A DNA stretch of 63,992 bases, filler included, from an uncultured bacterium (GTDB lineage Bacteria; Auribacterota; CAZIXI01), in assembly GCA_964543115.1 (NCBI GenBank). It is 3 parts of 3 records of this genome, joined end to end, with 100 filler letters (N's around TTAATTAATTAA, not from the genome) between each part and the next. Parts side by side here need not be neighbours in the genome. Positions count along the whole stretch, not along the records: positions 47,706 to 63,992 come from CAZIXI010000053.1; 2 more parts are not named here. One strand, written 5' to 3'. Made by a program: the position numbers and the translations under genes. The notes beneath the pieces are model-generated. The model had not been told where the DNA came from, did not search any database, and saw only the letters and a program-made list of their open reading frames with translations. Position 1 is the first letter of the stretch, and every line of letters begins with the position of its first letter. Of this stretch, positions 57,406 through 63,992 are shown in pieces.

Positions 57406-59526
57406 ATGGCGTTTGATAGAGCAAAATTCATTGAGAAGTTCCGGGGTGAAACCCGGGAACGGATCCAGCGGGTCAATCAGGGTTTAATTCAACTGGAAAA
57501 GAACCCTGTTGACGAGCAGTTGCTGCAGGACCTGATGCGTGAAGCGCATTCTATAAAAGGAACGGCGACGATGATGGGGTTTAACCGGATAGCGGATATT
57601 GCTCACCGGCTGGAAAGCGGATTGGAAAGGGCCCGGAAAAAAGAATTACAGCTGCGGAAGGTTCATTACGATATTATATTTAAGTGCCTTGATACGATAG
57701 AGGTATTACTGGAGGATAAGGTCGTCTGGTATAACCGGGGGATTGATACGGAATATTTAGAGAAGTTTAATCAGGAAATTGCTGATGTTTTTGCCGGAAA
57801 GATTAAGGAGACGGTGATCGCGCCGCCGACCAGCCGGCAGCCGGAACCGGAAAAGGAACACGATCCGGAACAGGTCAGGCCGGCGGTCCCGTATGCCGAG
57901 ACAACGATCCGGGTAGACATTGATAAGTTGAATAGATTAATGAATTTATCCGGAGAAATGATTGTTTCTAAAATACGGCTGCAGGAACTGGTTAGGTCAT
58001 TAGTGGAAAAAAGCGGTGCCCGCCGTGATCTGGAAGAGGCTTATACGGGTTTAATAAATGAATTGAGTATTGTCGGGAAGAATATCGATTTTTCTGCCGG
58101 TAATATCCAGGACCGGGTAATTGAAATGCGCATGGTGCCGGTGGCCAGTCTGTTTAATCTCTTTCCCCGGGCCATGCGGGATCTGGCGCAGAAGGTTAAT
58201 AAGGATATTGATCTGGTGATTAAGGGAGAGGATACCCAGCTGGATAAATTGATTGTTGATGAAATGAAGGATCCGTTTATGCACCTGCTGCGCAATGCCG
58301 TTGACCACGGTGTTGAAGGGGCGGCGGAACGCCGGGAGCGGAATAAGCCGCCAAACGGCACGATTACCCTTAAGGCCTATCATAAGGGGTCCCAGGTAGT
58401 GCTGGAGGTCGCGGATGACGGCGGGGGTATTGATCTTAATAAAATAAAACAACGGGCGGTGGAACGGGGTCTGGTCAGCCCGGAGAATGTTGCCGGAATG
58501 ATCCCGGAGCAGATATACAAATTCATGTTTATGCCCGGGTTCAGTACCCGGGAGGAAGCCGGCGCTGTTTCCGGCAGGGGTGTGGGGCTGGATGTTGTTC
58601 GGGACCGGATCGCGAAATTAAAAGGGATAGTTGATGTTTATTCCGAACAGGGTAAAGGAAGCCGGTTTGTGATGAAGTTTCCGTTAACCCTGGCGGTGAC
58701 GGAAAGTTTGCTGGTTAGTTCCGGGACGGATACTTTCGCTGTCCCGCTGGATATGATTACGGAAACGATCAGGATCGATCCCCGGGAGATCAAGACAGTG
58801 GAAACGAAGGAAACGGTTACTGTGCGCGGTTATATCATGCCGCTGGTCAGGTTCAGTGACATTTTCGGTCTGCCGAAAAAAGGTATTTTCGAAAAAAGGT
58901 ATTTCCCGGTGGTTATTGCCCAGTTTGTCGCTAAACGCATTGCCCTGCTGGTGGATCAGGTTTTCGGCTGCCAGGAGATTGTCAGTAAATCGCTTGGTGA
59001 TCCGTTAAGGAAGATCCGGCATATTGCCGGCGGTACGATTCTGGGCAGCGGTGATGTGGTGCTGATTCTGGATATCCCCTCTATTATTGATAGTGCCGAA
59101 GGCGGGGTTGTCCGCCGGGCGGTTGCCGGGCCGGCGGTTGTTCCGCGAAAGATGAAAAGGCGCAAGACGATTCTCTTAGCGGAAGACGCGGTGACCACAG
59201 CGACTCTGGAAAAGAATATTCTGGAGAGTGTTGGGTATTCCGTGGTTACGGCCCGAGACGGGGCAGAGGCCTTAAAGATTGCCGCTCAGGAGAAGTTTGA
59301 TCTGGTGATTACGGATATTTTAATGCCGCGGATGAACGGTTTTGAATTAACAGAAAAGCTTAAACAGGACCGGGTGTATAAAAATGTGCCGGTAATCATT
59401 GTGACGACCAGGGAAAGTGACGCGGATAAACGGCGCGGTCTGGAAGCCGGCGCGGACGCCTATATCCTCAAAAGTGAATTTACGTCGGAAGGATTACTGG
59501 AGACCATAGGGAGGCTTATTGGCTGA
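57406..59526 (+). CDS. cheA: CheA kinase with C-terminal receiver (WspE-like)
   Basis: REAHSIKG (Hpt), RNAVDHG, DDGGG, SGRGVGLDVV, CheW domain, REC ITDILMP. Confidence 0.96.
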   Translation: MAFDRAKFIEKFRGETRERIQRVNQGLIQLEKNPVDEQLLQDLMREAHSIKGTATMMGFNRIADIAHRLESGLERARKKELQLRKVHYDIIFKCLDTIEVLLEDKVVWYNRGIDTEYLEKFNQEIADVFAGKIKETVIAPPTSRQPEPEKEHDPEQVRPAVPYAETTIRVDIDKLNRLMNLSGEMIVSKIRLQELVRSLVEKSGARRDLEEAYTGLINELSIVGKNIDFSAGNIQDRVIEMRMVPVASLFNLFPRAMRDLAQKVNKDIDLVIKGEDTQLDKLIVDEMKDPFMHLLRNAVDHGVEGAAERRERNKPPNGTITLKAYHKGSQVVLEVADDGGGIDLNKIKQRAVERGLVSPENVAGMIPEQIYKFMFMPGFSTREEAGAVSGRGVGLDVVRDRIAKLKGIVDVYSEQGKGSRFVMKFPLTLAVTESLLVSSGTDTFAVPLDMITETIRIDPREIKTVETKETVTVRGYIMPLVRFSDIFGLPKKGIFEKRYFPVVIAQFVAKRIALLVDQVFGCQEIVSKSLGDPLRKIRHIAGGTILGSGDVVLILDIPSIIDSAEGGVVRRAVAGPAVVPRKMKRRKTILLAEDAVTTATLEKNILESVGYSVVTARDGAEALKIAAQEKFDLVITDILMPRMNGFELTEKLKQDRVYKNVPVIIVTTRESDADKRRGLEAGADAYILKSEFTSEGLLETIGRLIG

Positions 59527-59527
59527 A

Positions 59528-59587
59528 AGTTCGGAGTTCGGAGTTCGGAGTTGGGAGTATCTTTCTCCTAACTCCGAACTCCGAACT
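59528..59587. repeat. Heptamer hairpin array (AGTTCGG)3-AGTTGGG...(AACTCCG)2-AACT
   Basis: Direct sequence; begins 2 bp after the cheA stop and ends next to the AGGAGG RBS. Confidence 0.9.
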
Positions 59588-59602
59588 AAAAAGGAGGTTG
59601 TT

Positions 59603-59974
59603 ATGCCCAAGAAGGTGTTGTTGGTAGAGGATTCTTTGACTGACGCGGCGATAGTTAAGGAGATCCTGGAGAAAGAAGATGTGGATGTTGCCGTAGCCGG
59701 TACGGGTAATGAAGGAGTTAAACTGGCGGAGAAGATAAAACCGGATCTGGTTATCCTGGACCTTATTTTGCCGGATATCAGCGGTTTTGAGGTCTGTGCC
59801 AAACTGAAGCAGGATGTTTCGTTAAACAATGCGATTATTGTTATTTTCAGTGTCAAGGACAGTATTGAGGATATTAGCAAGGCCTTCCAGCTGGGTGCCG
59901 ATGATTATGTGATTAAACCGCCCCAACCGGAGTTCCTGGTAAAAAAGATCAGATTGTATCTAGGCATGAGATAA
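59603..59974 (+). CDS. Stand-alone response regulator receiver
   Basis: LVEDS, ILDLILP, IKPP; start moved to ATG 59603. Confidence 0.92.
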   Translation: MPKKVLLVEDSLTDAAIVKEILEKEDVDVAVAGTGNEGVKLAEKIKPDLVILDLILPDISGFEVCAKLKQDVSLNNAIIVIFSVKDSIEDISKAFQLGADDYVIKPPQPEFLVKKIRLYLGMR

Positions 59975-60040
59975 AATTGCGATTTTCGACGCTCGATACT
60001 CGATCCTTTAATATTCTGATACTCTGATAATTAAATAATT

Positions 60041-61051
60041 ATGAGTAAAAAAGTAAGAGTACTTATTGTTGATGATTCTCCCTTGAAACGGGAGGCGCTG
60101 AAGGCGATCCTGCAGGATGATCCGGAGATTCAGGTTGTGGGTATGGCCAATGACGGACGGGAAGCGGTAGAGAAAAACAAGCTGTTACGGCCGGATGTAA
60201 TTACTATGGACCTGAAAATGCCGGTGATGGACGGGTTTAGGGCAACAGCAGAGATTATGGATAGTTGTCCAACACCGATTATTGCCGCCAGTACTTTAAA
60301 TACTAAGGAAATTGTCCGTTCCCTGGATCTTGGGGTGATGGATTTTGTAGCGATTACTTTGGAAATAGACTCGATTGCCCAGGATCTGATCAGTAAAGTA
60401 AAAGCAGCCGCTAAGGTGACTGCTATCCGGCGGGCAAAAGCAAGGCCGGTTCAGCGGATAGCCGTTCCCATGGTCAGAAAGACAGCCCTATCGACAGTGG
60501 CAATCGGTATTTCTACCGGCGGGCCGCAGGCACTGCAGGCGGTTTTTTCTCAATTGCCGGCGGATTTTAAAGCCGGGATACTTGTGGTGCAGCACATGTC
60601 CCCGGGGTTTATTCAGGGATTAGCGGAATGGCTGCGTTACAGTTCTTTACTCGAGATTGACGTGGCCAGCGCCGGTAGTGTACTAAAAAGCGCGACGGTG
60701 CTGTTGGCGCCGGATAGGTATCATACCAAGATTGATAGTGAGGGGAGAATCAGCCTGGTGGAGGAAACGGACAGGAATGTATTGCATGTGCCTTCTGTGG
60801 ACGCGATGATGAAATCGGTGGCCGAAGCTTACCGGGATAAGGCCGTTGGCGTGATTATGACCGGGATGGGGTCTGACGGTGTTGCTGGAATTGGTGCGAT
60901 TAAGAATAATGGCGGGCAGACCCTGGCGCAGGATAAAAACAGTTCCGCCATATTCGGGATGAACGGGGTAGCTATTGAAAAGGGATATATAAATAAGGTA
61001 GTGCCGTTGGAGGCGATCGCGAAAGAAATTATTACAATAACTAGAAGTTAG
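60041..61051 (+). CDS. cheB: CheB methylesterase (REC plus catalytic domain)
   Basis: GISTGGP, QHMSPGF, MTGMGSDG catalytic motifs; N-terminal REC. Confidence 0.95.
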   Translation: MSKKVRVLIVDDSPLKREALKAILQDDPEIQVVGMANDGREAVEKNKLLRPDVITMDLKMPVMDGFRATAEIMDSCPTPIIAASTLNTKEIVRSLDLGVMDFVAITLEIDSIAQDLISKVKAAAKVTAIRRAKARPVQRIAVPMVRKTALSTVAIGISTGGPQALQAVFSQLPADFKAGILVVQHMSPGFIQGLAEWLRYSSLLEIDVASAGSVLKSATVLLAPDRYHTKIDSEGRISLVEETDRNVLHVPSVDAMMKSVAEAYRDKAVGVIMTGMGSDGVAGIGAIKNNGGQTLAQDKNSSAIFGMNGVAIEKGYINKVVPLEAIAKEIITITRS

Positions 61052-61080
61052 GAGTTAGGATTTAGTAGATACAATTAATA

Positions 61081-61115
61081 CTTGACCCTTGACCCTTGAC
61101 CCTTGACCCTTGACC
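61081..61115. repeat. Heptamer tandem array (CTTGACC)5
   Basis: Five perfect units immediately upstream of an RBS. Confidence 0.92.
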
Positions 61116-61132
61116 CTAAAGAGGGGGATGTT

Positions 61133-61495
61133 ATGGCGAAAAAAATCCTGATTATTGACGATAGTGAGACGGTACGGGAAATGCTGGCGGCGGGTTTATT
61201 AGAGGAAGGATATGAAGTGGTTACGGCGGCCAGTGGTGAAGACGGACTGGTCAAGGCGGCAGCCGAAAAACCGGATGTTATTGTTTTGGATACCCAGATG
61301 CCGGGCATAGATGGATTTCAGACCTGCAAACGGTTGCGGGAGAATAGGGAGCTGGCTGCCTGTAAAATCATTATGACTACAGGACAGATTGAGGCGGTGG
61401 ACGCGGTTATGGCGCGGCGGATGGGTGCCGATGATTATTGCGCCAAAACCGGCGATATTTCTTTGTGTCTGGACGCGGTTAGGAAAAATTTATGA
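61133..61495 (+). CDS. Stand-alone response regulator receiver
   Basis: IIDDS, VLDTQMP, CAKT; start moved to ATG 61133. Confidence 0.9.
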   Translation: MAKKILIIDDSETVREMLAAGLLEEGYEVVTAASGEDGLVKAAAEKPDVIVLDTQMPGIDGFQTCKRLRENRELAACKIIMTTGQIEAVDAVMARRMGADDYCAKTGDISLCLDAVRKNL

Positions 61496-62748
61496 ATAAA
61501 GAGATCTATATAACGGTACAGAAAAGCCTTTATGAATCCTCGCTTAAGAATGAAAAAATGTTTCGGGCAATTTTTGATCATGCGCCGGTAGGGATTTCCA
61601 TTGGTGTTCCCGGTAAATGTTTTCTAAGGATAAATAAAAAGATGTCTGAGATACTGGGGTATTCACAAGTGGAACTGCTCAATAAAGGTTTGTTAGATAT
61701 TGTTTGTTCAGAGGACCGGCAGGCGTGTCAAACCGCAGTGGAGCGCCTGTGGCAGGAAGAGGAGCAGTCGGCTGTTCTCGAAAAACGGTGGATCAAAAAA
61801 GATAAATCTGTAATATGGGTTAAGGTGTTTTTTACCATGCAGAGGGATGAGGCGGGAGCGGTCCAGTTGCTGATTATGGTTGTTGAGGATATCTCCGAAA
61901 AGAAATTGGCTGAGGAATCACTGGAAGAGCAGATGTGGGGAATGAAGAAAACAGATGAAGCGATTAAGGTGCTTTATCAGGAATTGACCGCGGCGAAGAA
62001 ACAGGCGGAAGCGGCCAGTAAAGCCAAGAGTGATTTTCTGGCTAATATGAGCCATGAATTGCGCACTCCGCTGAACGCGGTAATCGGGTTTGCCGAAATA
62101 TTAACCGATGAAAGTTACGGCCCGGTAAATGATAAACAGCGGGAATTTCTCAATGACATCGGGCAGAGTGGTAAACACCTGCTTTCGCTGATTAATGATA
62201 TACTGGATCTGGCGAAAGTAGAAGCCGGCAAGATAGAACTGGAACTTGGCCGGTTTGAGTTGAAGCCGGCCCTGGAAAATAGTCTTTCGATGATTAAGGA
62301 AAAGGTTTTAAAACACGGTATTATGCTTGTCAAGGAAATTGAGGATATTGGGATTATTGAAGCGGATGAAAGAAAATTTAAACAGATCATGTTTAATCTT
62401 CTGTCCAATGCCGCCAAGTTTACCCCTGATGGCGGCCGCATTAGGGTCAAGGGTCAAGTAGCAAGGGCGAGCGGAGCTCGGGGAGTAGAATGTGTAGAGG
62501 TTAGTGTTCGGGATACGGGGATTGGGATTGAGGAGAAGGACCGGGAGAAGGTTTTCGCGGAGTTTGAACAGATAGATACTGCTAAACGGCGTAAGTATGC
62601 GGGAACGGGTCTGGGGATGCCGCTGACCAAGAAACTGGTAGAACTTCACGGCGGCCGGATCTGGTTTGAAAGCGCCGGGAAGGATAAAGGAACCACTTTT
62701 TATTTCACACTCCCGCTCAAGCAACCAGCAAAAATAAATAATCCTTGA
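61492..62748 (+). CDS. PAS-HisKA-HATPase sensor histidine kinase
   Basis: FDHAPVGI (PAS), EDISE, SHELRTPLN, NLLSNAAKF, DTGIGI, GTGLG. Confidence 0.95.
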   Translation: MNKEIYITVQKSLYESSLKNEKMFRAIFDHAPVGISIGVPGKCFLRINKKMSEILGYSQVELLNKGLLDIVCSEDRQACQTAVERLWQEEEQSAVLEKRWIKKDKSVIWVKVFFTMQRDEAGAVQLLIMVVEDISEKKLAEESLEEQMWGMKKTDEAIKVLYQELTAAKKQAEAASKAKSDFLANMSHELRTPLNAVIGFAEILTDESYGPVNDKQREFLNDIGQSGKHLLSLINDILDLAKVEAGKIELELGRFELKPALENSLSMIKEKVLKHGIMLVKEIEDIGIIEADERKFKQIMFNLLSNAAKFTPDGGRIRVKGQVARASGARGVECVEVSVRDTGIGIEEKDREKVFAEFEQIDTAKRRKYAGTGLGMPLTKKLVELHGGRIWFESAGKDKGTTFYFTLPLKQPAKINNP

Positions 62749-62785
62749 CCCTTGACCCTTGACCCTTGATCCTTGATCCTTGATC
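62744..62785. repeat. Heptamer tandem array (CTTGACC)3(CTTGATC)3
   Basis: Six units; the first contains the TGA stop of the kinase. Confidence 0.92.
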
Positions 62786-62801
62786 CTATAAAAGAGGTTT
62801 T

Positions 62802-63992
62802 ATGGACAAAAAACCCAGAATATTGGTTGTTGATGATGAGGAAATGAATGTGAAGCTGTTAGCGGCTAATCTGATACCAAGAGGGTATGAGGTGCTAAAG
62901 GCCGATAATGGTGAAGAGGCCCTGAGGATACTTTCAGAACAGGATGTGGATCTGGTTCTGCTGGATGTAATGATGCCGGGGATTAGCGGTTTTGAGGTAA
63001 CCAGGAGGATCAGGGCCGATGAAAGATTACGCCTTGTCCCCGTTATCCTGATTACGGCGCTGAAAGATACTGCAGACCGCATTGCCGGGATTGAGGCCGG
63101 TTGTGACGATTTTATTTCTAAACCTTTTGATAAAAATGAAGTGCTGGCCCGGGTACAGACCCTGCTGAAAATGAGTTACTACCGGGCCCTTTTGGATGAA
63201 AAGGAAAAGTTTGAGTATGTTGTCCAGAATATGGATAACGGGATCATTGTTTTTAACCGGGATATGAAGATTGCCTTAATCAATAAAAAGGCGAAGGCCC
63301 TGCTGATGATTGATGCCGTCAAGGATGATTTTAATTTCCTGCGGCATATAAAAGGTGTTTTTGAAATCGAGGACCAGCTGCTTTCTGATAGATTCGGTCT
63401 GCAGCTGATTACCTTCGAGCTGCAGCGGCCGGAAACGGAGAAGTTTAAGGCGTTATATTTGACGATCCGAACCTCGGTGATCAGGAACCCTGCCGGAGAG
63501 ATTAGTTCTATGGTAATGATTATTGAAGATATTACCGAAAAACGTAAAGAAGAGATCATGAAGAATAATTTTTTCAGTTTGATTTCGCATAAACTGCGTA
63601 CACCGATCACAGTGATGCAGGAGAGTGTCGCGATGCTTGCCGAAGGGATATTTGATCCGTTAAGTGAAAAGCAAAAAAAGGCGGTTAACGGTCTGCGCAA
63701 TAAAACTTATGTTTTAAAGGGGCTGATGGAAAAGCTGTTGGGGTTTACGACTGTCGAAACCGGCGAATTTGAAGCGGGCAGAGAAGTGATTGAACTTAAA
63801 AGTTATCTGCCGGACCTGCTGAACCCGCTGGTGGGGTTGATTAAGGATAAACAGGTACGGCTACAGATAGATTGTCAGGCTGACGATCTAAAGTTAAATG
63901 TGAATACGATGTATCTTGATCTTGTCCTGGGTAATTTGGCGGAAAACGCGATTAAGTTTAATGATAAAGAGCAGATTATGTTAACTGTTTCC
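62802..63992 (+). CDS. Hybrid REC-PAS-HisKA-HATPase kinase, 3'-truncated by the window edge; absent from the ORF track
   Basis: ATG 62802 (AGAGG RBS): MDKKPRILVVDDE...LLDVMMP...ISKPF; QNMDNGII (PAS); SHKLRTP; NLAENAIKF. Confidence 0.9.
   Translation, partial: MDKKPRILVVDDEEMNVKLLAANLIPRGYEVLKADNGEEALRILSEQDVDLVLLDVMMPGISGFEVTRRIRADERLRLVPVILITALKDTADRIAGIEAGCDDFISKPFDKNEVLARVQTLLKMSYYRALLDEKEKFEYVVQNMDNGIIVFNRDMKIALINKKAKALLMIDAVKDDFNFLRHIKGVFEIEDQLLSDRFGLQLITFELQRPETEKFKALYLTIRTSVIRNPAGEISSMVMIIEDITEKRKEEIMKNNFFSLISHKLRTPITVMQESVAMLAEGIFDPLSEKQKKAVNGLRNKTYVLKGLMEKLLGFTTVETGEFEAGREVIELKSYLPDLLNPLVGLIKDKQVRLQIDCQADDLKLNVNTMYLDLVLGNLAENAIKFNDKEQIMLTVS

Noticed and set aside
63179..63700. Minus-strand ORFs 62786..63082 and 63179..63700
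   Set aside because: They are antisense shadows of the + strand REC-PAS-kinase gene starting at 62802.

Overview
This 64-kb window is three unrelated contigs joined by artificial linkers (44 N + TTAATTAATTAA + 44 N at 23820-23919 and 47606-47705). The gene content resembles an Omnitrophota/PVC-type bacterial MAG, which is an inference from gene style only. Contig A (1-23819) is accessory. It holds large signal-peptide proteins: an S8 protease with beta-helix and PKD domains, a methyltransferase-radical SAM fusion, a GT4-kinase-like chimera, a stand-alone kinase-like paralog, and a ~2660-codon LysM/HExxH giant gene broken by one in-frame TAA. That giant gene lies downstream of a sigma70 promoter, a c-di-GMP-I-type riboswitch and an overlapping intrinsic terminator. 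Four of these proteins share an L-[AST]-P-x-[SP] motif just after the signal peptide, and the four complete ones (three of the former plus the giant) end in [SA]-[LAV]. Contig B (23920-47605) has a truncated giant glycosidase-like/CBM protein followed by housekeeping genes: ppiD-like, nrdR, glyA, rpiB, gcvPA-H-T without gcvPB, xerD, tRNA-Pro(CGG), pcm, a glycolipid cluster, a Lys-less lipoyl domain, lipA, lpdA and partial argS. Contig C (47706-63992) is a Wsp-like chemosensory and two-component cluster whose spacers are filled with 7-8-mer tandem repeats. A 47-49 bp hairpin module recurs in contigs A and B and is twice nested inside GTAG-type REP elements. All calls come from reading motifs by eye; no database searches were run.
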